From contig NC_068983.1 of the NCBI RefSeq assembly GCF_001194135.2, forward strand, positions 51,571,632 to 51,608,256: a stretch of DNA of 36,625 bases, read 5' to 3'. Both the position numbers and the translations under genes were made by a program. The notes under the pieces are model-generated. The model made no database searches, had not been told where the DNA came from, and saw only the letters and a program-made list of their open reading frames with translations. The stretch is from Octopus bimaculoides (lineage: Eukaryota). Positions 24,160 to 36,625 of the stretch are shown here, in pieces. Each line of letters begins with the position of its first letter. The stretch's first letter is position 1.

Positions 24160-26879
24160 CAATTGAAACGTGAGTGTTATGGAATGTTTTGGGAATAATT
24201 GTTTTCTTTCAGTATTCAACTGCACATATTAATAACACACAAACACATATCTGTGGGTTTCTATGAATGTATAGACATTTATGAGCGTTTATGCACGTCT
24301 AATTATAAACATGTATATACATATGGTGAGTATTTGCGTGGGTGAGTGTATGTATGCGTATACACACACATACACACATATATATTACTTTAGCAGAATG
24401 CTATTGAATTTATGTTAACAAAACAAATATCTTTTACATGAATTTCCTCCATACATCGTATTCCGTTGAATTTCTCAGGATAAGTTGCATATTCTGCAAT
24501 TCTTTAAAAGTTAAAACATTCCTAACGTTGAACAGTCAATTCGTAAGTCAGTGAAATTCTTAATTCCTAGTTAATGAATACAACAATACCCATCATGTTC
24601 ACAGAAGCACAGACACACTCGCACACACAAACGCACACACGTACATATGCATACAGTGCAGTCTGTTTATTTCCAGGCATTACATTTATAAAAAAAACAC
24701 GTTTCAGCTGTCATCGTTCTTTAAGTAAATCTAAATATCCCCGCTTACACATGATTTCCCCTGGAAATTAAAGTAAATATTATGAACAATAAGCTTCATA
24801 TTTCCTATTTCAAAAGTAGCCTTACCATCTCAGTTAAAATCAGACTTGTTAACTACGAATTATTCCATTTGAAAATAATCATTTCAGGTAAGTTTACTGT
24901 CATTGTTTATTCCGAGCTGTGAAACCCAGTTATTTTATTTCTCTGTATCAAACAACATGAGAGCGGAATATCATTTCGCTGATACGATAGTTTTTATAAA
25001 GCTTTTCTATTTTTGTTGGTTGCATTGAGTTCAAGATTTATTTCATTGAAAAACTTACAGATATTTTGGCACGTTTTTAAAGTTCAAGATATCTTTTACT
25101 TACAAGTTTGTTCCTGTCAATTAGCCAATCATATAGAAATTAAATGCTTTTATTTACATTGAATGTGATATTGTAATTCACAAAAATTGTTTAATGACCT
25201 TTTGAGTTACGGTGTTCCGATTTGTTATATCTCTTTAATTCATTTTGTAAATACATAAAATATATAAAATTGTAAGAACCTCATAGAAGAATTGTATGTG
25301 TATTTGTTTCGCAAGCATATGGCAGCTTAATAGTTCCAGAATGATATCTAAATATAAAGAAATAGACAATGATGAATCTCGATGAAAATGTGCGGAATGT
25401 GATTTAAATGCCAAGCGGTCATCTCCCAAATGATCTCTGTCCAAATGATGTTTATTATATTGTAAAATTTATTTTATTCATGTAGTGGCTATATAAATAT
25501 ATTTTGCTAAATCAATCATTCGTACAAAAAATATTTTGGAAATTCTATTAGCGTTCGATCTCTTAAATCGATATTAAAATGATTGATATTGTTTTTGTCT
25601 GAACTTGACCGCAATCCTAAAACAGATAAAAATGACATTTCATCTAAATTCAAATAAAACGTCAATCATTAAAATAATATTTCCGATACATGAATAATTA
25701 TCAATTTTTCGTCCAACATCATCCTATTTTGGTGTCAGTAAATTCCGTTTCAAACTATTATACTTATTTTATAGTCCACGGATGAATTTTACCGGGAATT
25801 TGAGTGTGTGATCTTTGTAGCACAAGGTGTAACGTCACAGATGAAATGGAATGAAACCAACTAGTCCGAGATGTTGAGTGCGAAAGCTTTGCCGGGACAG
25901 AAAAAAAAAGTTTCATAGTCTACACACCACTATTTCTCACACAAACTTGATTTTCGACTTTCTTCACACGTGTGCAAATCTTAAAAAACTATCTTAACAA
26001 TTTAGAACTATTTGATGAATATGGTTATTTTCTGGGTTAATGCAATTGACATGAGAATTTTCGGATGTATTTTCGGCTAAAGTTATTGGGTGTGCTGGGT
26101 TTCACTCCACCCACGAATCTGCATAGTCCCAATTAAGACTTATAGATTATTACAATAAAATTATTTTACATATAATTGGAGTAACCTAAAGTTCACTTCG
26201 CTAAATATTTATAAAATTATAATTGAATAAAAACTGCTAGAGATGTATATTGCATCAAACAACTTAATTAAGAAATATTTAGGACGGAAGTGTAAATAAT
26301 TTAGCAATTTGATTTAAAAGAAAACTTGTCAGAAACCACCAAATAAAGAATTGCATTATGAAAGTCATTATCTCAGAAAAAATCTTCAGCATTTTAAAAT
26401 GGGTATCATGTCTATAAGCGTAAAATGACTTACCATCTTCCCGAATCTTCTAAAAGAATTAACTAAGAATTGATTTCAACTTTTATTTTTGTAATTTATG
26501 CTACACGTGAATAAAAGAAGAAATGTTTAAATACATTAATTCATAGGTTAAAACATATGCTTACATATGAAAATAGAATGCAAAGACAAAAATTGAAACT
26601 TGAAAAGTAGAACATAATGTATGTATGTGTAATGCATGTACAACTCTAATAATTATAATGTTTGATATGACTACAAGAAAATGCTAATGTTGAAAAGTCA
26701 ATATTCGGAATGCACCAAATATATGTACTAGGTGTTGAATCAATAAATTTTGATTATCACTGCACGGATACTGGTAAATGTATATGTGAGCTTCTGTACG
26801 CTTTAGTTCTTTAAAAACTTTTTAGCTTGGGACATTTGAGGAAAAATAATTAAACGTAAATACATGCATATATATGTAA

Positions 26880-26933
<54 letters not shown>

Positions 26934-27031
26934 GTATCTATGTATCTATCTAACTATCTAGACAGACAGACTGACAGACAGCTAGCTAGCTAGCTAGCTA
27001 GATAGATATATATTTCACACATAGTTGTGTT

Positions 27032-27069
<38 letters not shown>

Positions 27070-27210
27070 CGTATGCATATAGGTATGCATATATGTATAT
27101 GCATATACATAGCTATATCTATCACTTTCTCTCTGTGTGTAGATATGTGTGTGTGTCTGTATGTATGTATGTGTGTATGTATGTATGTATGTATGTATGT
27201 ACGTATATGC
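26880..27210. repeat. Compound microsatellite (TCTA)n-(AGAC)n-(AGCT)n-(AT)n-(GTAT)n
   Basis: Read directly. Confidence 0.93.
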
Positions 27211-27306
27211 ATAGAGGTTAGAATTCTATGCACACTTTGTATTGTAATTAGGTAAATTATTGCAAAAATATATCATGACAATCAAATTGTTCCAAAACAC
27301 ATTATT

Positions 27307-27415
27307 TCATGCTGCTTTCAATTCTGATGCCAGGAAATCATTTTTATGTACATGTGCAATATCTAGCTGTGTGCCTTCAGGTAAGATATCCTGTTGCATA
27401 TCGATCGGAAAATGT
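27307..27415 (-). CDS. Candidate terminal exon HFPIDMQQDILPEGTQLDIAHVHKNDFLASELKAA*
   Basis: Acceptor TTATTAGTATGTTCTCTAG|A (phase 2), open to TGA at 27309-27307; non-repetitive. No homology recognised. Confidence 0.28.
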
Positions 27416-27649
27416 CTAGAGAACATACTAATAATAGTTTGCAAGTTTGTGATATAACTTATTTATTTTATGAATTGTCATATTAACAAGAGACGTATTG
27501 TTGTGCACGTTACCTATTCAAAGAAGAATGAAAGCATGGTTCAGAAAACATTGACAGTTAAATTAAAAGTAGGACTTATAATTATTTAGCAACATTTTTT
27601 CCGGGATCATTCTCACTAAGTGACACCTTCCGCAAGTCTATTCTACTAT

Positions 27650-27880
27650 AGCATCCGGCCGACCAAAGCTATGTGAGAGGATTATATATATGATTGCGTG
27701 TTTCTGCGCGGTAAGTTTGTATGTGTTTGTCCCCCCGTGGGTATATTTGTACGTGCTTGTTGGTTTGTTAATGTCCCTGTAATCAATCGGTTCGTCAAAA
27801 GAGACCGATAGAATAAGTACGGGTCTTACAAAATAAGTATCGGGGCCGATTCATTCGATCAAATTTCTTCAAGAACGACT
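27650..27880 (+). mobile_element. Octopus-type SINE, decayed
   Basis: GACCAAAGC..GTGAG.GGATT, TGTGTTTGTCCCCCC, CGGTTCG.CAAAAGAGACCGATAGAATAAGTAC, GGGG.CGATT; collinear with the 36.3 kb copy in opposite orientation. Confidence 0.85.
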
Positions 27881-30419
27881 GTTGAAAGTAGACGTATAGA
27901 AGAATAAAAGAATGCGTTAGTTTGTGTGTTAATTAATCATTGTCATATAATAATTTCCGTATAACGGTATAGTGTTCCATGTTATTTTTTCTACGTTTCG
28001 TTTCGCTCTACGTTTGCTACTGAAATGGCATACATTTCTTCTGAGACATGATTGTTTGATTGATATAATTCTCACAACACTTATATGATATTATATAAAT
28101 TAAGGTTTCACTTAAGTATGAAAAATGATACTTTAAATTAAAACGGTGTTCTCTTTTGTAACGCATCGTTGAAATTTGAGATATATTAATAACAAATTCA
28201 CAATTTGATCTTCCACGTATTGTAACTGTTGGGTTTCATATTATGCTGGTAGGCAATTAGAAAGATAATTATAGATTCTTTCGTGATGCTATATTTTCGT
28301 TTTTACAAAAATTCTACTCATCTTCTAATCACATTTGAAATATCTTTTTATGAAGTTTTTCAATATCTATAAAATTATTTGTTTAAATGTGGAGGAAAAT
28401 ATTTACTTCTGTCCTAAGTTTTATGGTTTTAAAACACTGATGTCAATTCATTATGCGTTCTCTAATTTTTTGTGAAGTAAATTATTTGTCAAAATATCTT
28501 TTTCCTCCTTTAGACCTACCTTTCGACTGTTCAGATTCTTTAATAAGGTGCATATTATTTTTAATAGATTGAATGAAATATTAGTTTTTTATGCATTTCA
28601 GATTGCTTGTATTGAAAACTAAGTATTGTCGCGTGTCTAGTGTTTTACAATTTACAATTTGTCACGATGAAATTCACTTATTTAAAATTCTTTAAAAAGG
28701 GTCATTTACCCTTGCTATTTTCCACGAAATATCACAATTTAATCTGTTTTACACACTACCAAACCTATGAAGATAATACCATTTAATATCATTTTTAATT
28801 ACCCTTATATATGATTCGAAATTAAACACTAATCACGTACCAATGGATGAAATTCAACGTTCCCCATTAACCAGTTACATACAACTCTCAATTGTACCTG
28901 AAATATCTTACAATTATAGGGAATAAGAGTTACATATACAATGAAAGGAACTGAAGTTCAAAATACCTTGATAATAATGTTTACTCTATCACCTATGATA
29001 TGGCGATAATCAAAATCCTCTCGATATTAACGTGGACAGGACAGTTTAGCTTATCTGTAGATTGCCTATATGGAATTTGTTTCTAGATGGAATTAACTTA
29101 TATACATGTTAGTATAACCGGTGGCTACACACGTAGACAATTTCATAATCATATCAACCACTCAGTAAATATATTCACATAGAATTTGAGAGTTACGTTA
29201 TTTATTATGAACTTTTGGAGTTTATCCTCTGCAGAAGTAGGTAATACACTCTGTCGTTCTTGGATGTGTGAAAATTAAGTACAATTTTAAGCATGATCGG
29301 TTTTAAGCATTATCGGTCCCTAAATACATATGTTTTTATACAAGAAACCTGACTGAGGTCAACCATAGATAGGAATAGTAAGGAAGAGCAAATTCATTAC
29401 AAGCAACATATATTTATCACTTTATTAAATGAGAAATGGGTCGGCTTTGTGTGTTCGTTACAATAGAACACGTTTCATCGTTTTCCAAATCATTTCAACC
29501 TGTAAGCAGTAACCGATGCTATAAACTAATGTTAATTCTGATTTTTGTTTATAATAAAAAAGAGTGAAGAACGAAAATTCAAAATACATAACTGATTTGA
29601 TAATGCGGAATAAATTGGTATTGCCAAAAATCCTTTATCTTTTCGCTTACGATAAAAATCCAAATACCATGAATAAAATGTAGAGTTAATATAAGATTTA
29701 TCAGTTTTAGAAATAACCATTTACACAACCGGGCACTAAATCGGAACCAATTATACTTGAACATTTAAAAGAACCAACATTATCCATATAAGAACGCTAA
29801 CTTAAAAATAATCATTTAAGGTTCAAATCTAATACTGCTTCTAATATAGTAGTGTTTCTTTGTGTGAGAAAACTGGTTTCCCAGTGTGAAAATTCTCAAA
29901 TATAAACGATCGAAAATATAGTGGCCCTATATTGACTAATAAACATTTAATATTTCATGAAGTATATAGTGGTTGCAAAATGAAATACTATGTCCTTGCA
30001 ACCTGGGATGGACTGTTTTGATCAAGAGCAGAGCGTACCACCCTTTAATAAATGAAAAATACAGTATTCGAAACCTTGGAATTTACGAAAGAAAAACAAA
30101 TGAAGTGAAGTCTCGCTTGTTAATTGTATGGTTAATCTTTATGGTCAATAGGTTTGAGAATATCAATTGTAGACTTACTTTGAAAAGAAATCCGCCTCAT
30201 GCATGTTGATTATACGTATGGATGTCATGCGGTTTAAATAGGTAAAATACTTTACAACATAGAGCTGTATTGAACTTGAATGTCAAATATTTAATGTCTT
30301 GCATTGAAATAGATATTTGTGAAAATCAATGAAATTTCCAGACAAGGATGTAAAACAATTATAGATTAAAAATATATATATAATAGTAACAAAGAACATT
30401 TACAAATTGAAAGAAATCA

Positions 30420-30545
30420 ATGACAGTGTGAATGACGGAGATGGAGTAGGCGAAGACGATGACACCGCCGCCGACTACGACGACGACCACGATGATGCTC
30501 ATAATGATGATGTACATGATGACGATGATGACATTGATAAAGATA
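30420..30545 (+). repeat. Degenerate (GAT/GAC)n trinucleotide tract
   Basis: Read directly. Confidence 0.8.
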
Positions 30546-31615
30546 ATTAAGATATGAAAATGGTCTATCGGAGTGTTGAATTATGACAAAATAATTGTGC
30601 TATGTGTTATATAAATATTAATAAACTTCCATATATACATACATATAAAACATTCATATACACAGAAAATATATTATTACTTACGTGCGTATGCTTTTCT
30701 TTTTCGGTTGTACAAAGTTAACTGCAATGTATTTTTTAAAAAGAAACTTTTATTTCACAGATAATTTTGAAGCAACCTAACAATGATTATAATTTACATT
30801 GTGATTTATCTTTTCAAATGTATATTAAATTGTCTTTAAAATGTTTCCTCTTGATAACACAGACAATAAAATATTATATTTTCAATATTAATTGTTAATC
30901 TTGAAATTTCTTTAAGTGACGAATGAGAAAAACGAAAGACAGAAAAGTAGAAGAAAATTAAAGAAATAAAACAAAAACGTGCGGCACAAATTATACTGGA
31001 AACTATGTACATACACTCATGAACAGCATTCTTATATTCACATTTCCATTAACTTTATGTAAATATCATTTTTGTCGGAGTTATTTATTATTTGCAGCAT
31101 TAGTCACAAGGATGCATAATTTCGAAAAGAAGTGTAGTCGATCTGAACAAATGAAGTGTATAGAAATGATCTAGGCTGTACAGAGATCAAAGTATCTAGC
31201 AACTTCACTTGAACTGAGAAATATTAAGAGAAGTATAAAGCCGTAAATAAATAAAGCGAAATATTGGCGTGTCTCTTCCACAGTTATCCTAGTCAGATGT
31301 TTCTATGTAAAACTAGCAGAATCATAATAGTTCTGTAATTTGATGCGGAGCTGTAGCTATAGTGTTAGTTTTCAATCTACTGCTCTTGGTATATCAATTT
31401 TCACTACACTGTTTATTTACACATTATTTTCTACACCTTCATTTGCCTCATCTCGGCTCGCGTTGTATATTTTCGTTAGCTATTAGTGTTCAAAGTAGTG
31501 GCATATTTAGGTTTTGTAGACATTTTAGGTGTGTGTGGGGGGGGATGTATAATGTCTTCATAAATAAACTATAAAATTTTGCAAATAATAATAGTAATAA
31601 CCGAAAAAATCAAGA

Positions 31616-31877
31616 AAATAATAATAATAATAATAACAACAACAACAACAATAATAATAATAACAGCAACAACAACAATAATAATAATAACAACAACAAC
31701 ACCAATAATAGGCCAGAATAATCATGTAAGTATTAGATAGCTGAAGAGAACGAATAGTATGGTAGCGTAGGCTGCACGGAGCAAGACCGCTACGCATGCA
31801 ATGCTCCAAGTGTTCCAACAAAGCCTGTCATGAAAAGTAATAAAACCATTAATAATAATAATAATAATCATAATAAA

Positions 31878-31950
<73 letters not shown>
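31616..31950 (+). mobile_element. R4/Dong 3-prime-end fragment (about 31710-31850) between (TAA/CAA)n tracts
   Basis: GGCCAGAATAATCA.G.AAGTATTA.ATAG.TGAA...GCTACGCATG aligns by eye with 32985-33080; flanked by (TAA)n on both sides. Confidence 0.75.
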
Positions 31951-31951
<1 letters not shown>

Positions 31952-32337
31952 GAAAGAGTTTTTATTCTGAACAAATCATATAGAAACAAGTTGTCTTTTG
32001 ATCGATGTTGCAGCCGAAATAACAGATGTCTGAAAACGTTTGATAAAACTGTGCAAATATAATGAAGTGGAGATTGTAATTGGAAGAAAGTGGCATCGTA
32101 ACAGAAAGATATTACCTATTGTTTTTGGAGTGCTTGGAACGATATCAAGGGGGCGTAAAGGATTACGTAGTCCAAATATGTAGCAGGGCCAAAATAAGCG
32201 AATTAAAAAGATCATATCTATGGGTGCCTTTCATACTCCGCGTCAATGCCTCTTCATTTAAAGGCAATGTTACACTGTAATATTTTATGATGATGATGAT
32301 GATGACGACAACGATGATGATGACAATGATAATGATG

Positions 32338-32431
<94 letters not shown>

Positions 32432-32460
32432 GGATAATAATAATGATAATAATAATAATA
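31951..32460 (+). mobile_element. R4/Dong RLE-domain fragment from a different subfamily, with (GAT)n/(TAA)n tail
   Basis: SCLLIDVA...KLCKYNEVEIVIGRKWH...LPIVFGVLGTISRG...ELKRS...ILR; tail 32288-32460. Confidence 0.8.
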
Positions 32461-33135
32461 CTCTCACTGTGACGAATCGTTAATAGAGTGGACGAAACCA
32501 TTGCCCATATCACGAACGAATGCCCTAGAGTCGCCCCAAGCCGCTACAAGTTGTGGCAACACGATAAGATAGCGAAATGTTACACTGGAAACTGCGAAAA
32601 TGGGGATTAGATAGAGGCAATACGGGTACGAGTACAAATCGCAGACAGTGGCGCAGTTGGAGTCTTGCGAAATCATCCGCGATTTCCCCATCCAAACAGA
32701 TCAGGTGCTAGAGCATAACAAACCAAACCTAGTGGTGGTCCACACGATGCAACACACGTGCTATATGGTTGATGTTGACCCACGAACAGTCAAGAAGGCT
32801 TAGAAATAGATAAATGCAACCTTCTTCAGTACGAAGTTTCCCGGCTATGGAAAATGAAGATGAAGACAGTGTCAATTATTGTTGGTTCCTTAGGAACAGT
32901 ATTAGATGGCAACCAAAAGACTATAAATGAAATCAGAATAGAGTGCCCAGTAGACATATTACAAAAGGTTTGCCCCTCTTGGAGCGGCCAGAATAATCAG
33001 GAAAGTATTACGTAGTTGAAAAAAACAGATAGCATGAAACTGTAGGCAGTAAGCAGCAAGCCTGCTACGCATGTAAGTCTCCGGAAGTTATAACAGAACA
33101 TGAGTTAAAAAGAATAATTAATAATAACAACAACA
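32461..33135 (+). mobile_element. R4/Dong zinc-knuckle plus RLE fragment
   Basis: DETIAHITNECP...HDKIAK.LHWKL, DFPIQTDQVLEHNKPNLVVV, MVDV, IIVGSLGTV, LQKV...ARIIRKVL; short (TAA/CAA) tail. Confidence 0.85.
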
Positions 33136-33559
33136 AATACAAAATATGGTTGTTGATGTTGAGAATATATCAATGTCACCTAACACCTAATGAGCTGAAA
33201 AGTTCTTGGAAAAATTGGGAGAACGAAGAAGTTGATTATCGACAAGATGGCTATGAGAATGAATTTCATAAATATATGCATCACGTACATCAACTGTAGA
33301 AAACTTACGCTCCTGTCTAAAACACGTGGATCAAGCGATGCCGAGAGCAATTCAAATCTCGAACATCATTGGTTGGCAGTTAGAAAATGCAATGAGATTT
33401 TGAAAAGTAACGTTAGCAACTAGAGGACTGAGATTAGTATACATAGAGATCCTCAGGGAAATATCAAAGGGACAGCCTTCCAAACTTACTTTGTTAGTAA
33501 TCGCATTGTTCTTTTTGTCGATTATATAATACAAAGTTAAGCTATTATACTCACTGTGA

Positions 33560-33890
33560 AAATAAAGTGGAGAAATAAATCATCTGCTATTTATGGATGA
33601 TTTAATCTCCATGTCAAATATAAGAACCAACGGGACACTTTCGTGCAAAACGTAAGATTATTTAGTAGTGAGACAGGGATTACTTTCGGAATCGAAAAAT
33701 GAGCTATGCGAAGAATAAAGTGGAGAAACGTTCCTTAAAAGTACTGGAGTAAATCTGCACGATTATGAGAATATAAATCATTTAATGTTGAAGAAAGCTA
33801 AATACTTGAGAATACAGTAAAGCGGCAAAATCAAATATATAGAAATCAAATATATGGGAATCTCTCAATAAAGAATATTTTCGCAATTTT
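33560..33890 (+). mobile_element. R4/Dong reverse transcriptase fragment
   Basis: NHLLFMDDL (catalytic YADD-equivalent) followed by FGIEK and KYL remnants. Confidence 0.75.
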
Positions 33891-34099
33891 ACAAACGATT
33901 CCTTTTTATTTTCTGCCAATTATTATGGAATAATAACCATATGCTTTAAATACAATAATACATTTAGTTGAACATGTAGTTGTGTGTTATTTTATAACAT
34001 TCCAGTTCTTCTCCATGCTATTAAAAATTATTCTTCCTTTACCGATAGACATTCGGTTAATATGACACAGAGTATGATGGCTGGGTAGTGCGTATTACC

Positions 34100-34190
34100 T
34101 GCTCTAAACTAAAGTTACTCTAAACTACCGTTACAAACTACTCTAAACTAACGTTAGAAAATTACACCTTACTCTAAACTAACGTTACAA
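34100..34190 (+). repeat. Four copies of a 16-bp motif TACTCTAAACTAACGT with 0-, 7- and 15-nt spacers
   Basis: Copies at 34100, 34116, 34139 and 34170; the last two are identical. Confidence 0.9.
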
Positions 34191-35364
34191 AGTCCATTTG
34201 GTATTGAAAACATTTCTAAATATCCTCTATTGCAAAATGAGGAACATTCAAGGGATCGGTAGCGATCATATTCATATATTTAAAGATATTTTCATAAAAT
34301 AATTTCTAAAATTCAACCACTTTGGTAACGTGAAATATATTTGTTAATTAGCATCATTCTCGTATTCTAAAATCCAAATTGTATCTTGGAACCATCATAG
34401 AAGTCATCAACACGGGGACAGTATTATTTATAAATCATGTAACGATGTGCAGCCGAATATTGACAGCAAATAGGAGTTAATTATGAACACATGAACGGCC
34501 AACCAGTTACGTCCAGCTTATAATGACATGCGGTATTTTAGTAGCTATTTTACCAACTGTACGTTTGTTGCTACGATATGCAGTACTTTTAGCATTTATT
34601 TTATCAAACTGTACGTTGTTACTGTGCGTTTGATGAACAAATTAAAAATAATTTGTATATCGTGTTTTAAAGAAAAGTTATTAAGAAAAGCAATATATGC
34701 TTCAAGTAGTGAAAAACAATAGAAATAGTAACTTAAAATAATAAAGAAGTTCAGTGAAAATTATATATTCTGCAATCAGACAGGTATAGATTACATTTAA
34801 ATCGTGTAGCGAAAAGGTGTAGTTATGGAAACAAACCAAAAGTAATTACTAAAAGAAACGCAGAAGATATTATAACCAAGATCCAGAACTACTAATATAT
34901 TCGCAGTGTTGTCTATAGAAACAGTAAAACGAAGCATTTATTTTACACTAAAATATGTTTGTACGCGAACAATGCATTTGGCTGAATAAACATTTCAGTT
35001 AACCTTACACTTATGAGTTTCACCATTAATGACCAATTAAATCAACTAGTACGTGAATTAATTGATTAAGTAGGCATCCATAGCTCGTTAGTAAGGTCTC
35101 TGCAAAATGTATAAATATGAGGATACAATACGTACCGAAAACACAAAATAAACCCATGCACATCTTTACACATCAAAAATTCAAGCCGAATATCTTCAAA
35201 CAACGTACAAAACCAGAGTAGTATTGCAGTAAATAAATTCAAACGTATACTATCCAGCTGAAGGATTTAAATATCTAGCTTTATAAATACATGGGTAAGA
35301 ATTATTAAATAATTTATACCAGTGGCTCTGTGTGTATGTATCATTGGGTTAAATTGTCTTTCTG

Positions 35365-35580
35365 TCTATATTTGTCTCCCAACACCACTTGATACTCAGT
35401 GTTGGTTTGTTTACATCCACGTAAAAACTAACACCGGAAAAAGAAATCAATGGAATAAGTAACAAGCTTTACAATAAAATAAGTGATGGGGTCGATTGAT
35501 TCCGCTAAAATTCTTCTAGACGGTACCCCAGCATGGCCGCAGTCAAATGGCCGATATAAGTAACAATTCAAACATAAAAG
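35365..35580 (+). mobile_element. Octopus-type SINE, decayed
   Basis: GTTGGTTTGTTTACATCC.CGTAA, GAATAAGTA, GGGGTCGATT, CCCAGCATGGCCGCAGTCAAATG. Confidence 0.85.
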
Positions 35581-35813
35581 ATATATGCCTATATCTAATA
35601 TTTGAGCATATTTTGCATTGCATAAATACAAGATATGTATACCAGTAAACGTATATTCAGACGTAGTAATTGATAATAAATTCTGTATAACGTAAGTTTC
35701 TTTTGCCCTCTTCTAAAAATCTAGTATTTCTAAGTTATTGTACAAATGTGTAAGTACATAGTAACATGCATCTATGGTGTATCCATGTATGTATATAGGT
35801 ATATATGTAATAC

Positions 35814-36040
35814 CTGAAATAGTTTATTTCGGAGTGTGCCAGTGTTCATTTTCACACGGTGTAGTATTCTGATATCAAACTGCATGCAGTATCTTGCCAA
35901 AATGAAGAAACGCTGGTTGTAGTCTTCCCTTTCATTGAAAATTCCACAAGTAATATGTCTCCGTTTTTCTAACAGCAATATTATTGCTATCTCATTGCTT
36001 TTCGCTCTTAGTTTATCACGATTTGCAGTCATCCTTTGAG
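35814..36040 (-). CDS. Candidate 227-nt exon (phase 1-0) xQRMTANRDKLRAKSNE...GTLRNKLFQ
   Basis: Acceptor ATATCTGTTCAAG|CT, donor TTTCAG|GTATTA, 75 open codons of non-repetitive sequence (ORF 35772..36032). Confidence 0.35.
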
Positions 36041-36299
36041 CTTGAACAGATATTCAATTCTGACTTGTATAGCACTTATTGTAACTGTTTATAAGCAATT
36101 GTCGTGTTAAATTGAATTGTAGAAAAACAATCTAAATGATAACGCCTAAAAGTATGAATCAATGATTTTCGTTTTCTTTTCGCTACACCCAACTTTGAAT
36201 TCCTGTCTATGTATGCTGTTAGAGTGTGTATTATAAATCTAAATATGCCTTTCATACTGAGATGTTTGAGCTTCACTCGAACGTCGCTCTACTCATATA

Positions 36300-36521
36300 C
36301 CTTTATTCTCTTATTCTTCTACTTGTTTCATGCATTTGATTGCGGCTATGCTGGTGCACCGCCTTTTGTCGAGCAAGTCGATCCTAGGACGTATTTTATC
36401 TAAGCCCAGTACTTATTCTATCCGGCACTTTTGCCGAACCGCTATGTTACGGGGAACGTAAACACACCAACATCTGTTGTCAAGCGATGGTGGGGCGAAA
36501 ACAGACACACAAACACACACA

Positions 36522-36572
<51 letters not shown>

Positions 36573-36625
36573 GACGGGCTTCTTTTAGCTTCCGTCAACT
36601 AAATCCACTCAAATGGCTTTGCTCG
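36300..36625 (-). mobile_element. Octopus-type SINE with internal (CA)n, runs off the window end
   Basis: Best-preserved copy: TTGA.TGCGGC.ATGCTGG.GCACCGCC, AGTACTTATTCTATC, TTTTGCCGAACCGCTA.GTTACGGGGA.CGTAAACACACCAACATC, GTTGTCAAGCGATGGTGGGG, (CA)n, ACGACGGGCTTCTTT. Confidence 0.9.

Noticed and set aside
25760-25900. Possible very old SINE remnant
   Set aside because: Only a short ATACTTATTTTAT...GGAATTTGA resemblance; too degraded to support.
30420-30545. Asp-rich peptide DSVNDGDGVGEDDDTAADYDDD...
   Set aside because: Degenerate (GAT)n repeat without start codon or splice signals.
34100-34190. CRISPR-like repeat-spacer appearance
   Set aside because: Repeats (16 bp) and spacers (0-15 nt) are too short and irregular, there are no cas genes, and the context is eukaryotic.

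Overview
AT-rich eukaryotic genomic DNA from a draft assembly (two N gaps), dense in microsatellites and decayed transposons. No prokaryotic features (operons, CRISPR, rRNA, tRNA) are visible. The SINE family and the (AT)n/(TAA)n/(AGAT)n/(CA)n load resemble an octopus (coleoid cephalopod) genome; this is recognised from memory, not by search. Well supported: a Chapaev3-type (CMC, Transib/RAG1-related) DNA transposon with both TIRs and TTA target-site duplication carrying a nested RTE LINE fragment; two DD37D (maT) Tc1/mariner elements; a full-length decayed DD34D mariner; a hAT-type MITE; six R4/Dong-type RLE LINE fragments, mostly embedded in (TAA)n tracts; four SINE copies. Tentative: a chain of frame-compatible minus-strand exons (12436-12377, 12031-11903, 7288-7221, 3173-3141, 664-596) whose spliced peptide resembles the C-terminal end of a MIF4G domain, followed 3 nt after the stop by an in-frame 192-aa Thr/Asn-rich ORF; a triple PAR-bZIP D-box array at 24.1 kb; further candidate exons. 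All gene-level calls were made by eye and need RNA-seq or homology searches. I found no demonstrably new biological system; the cryptic gene and its C-terminal switch are the best leads.
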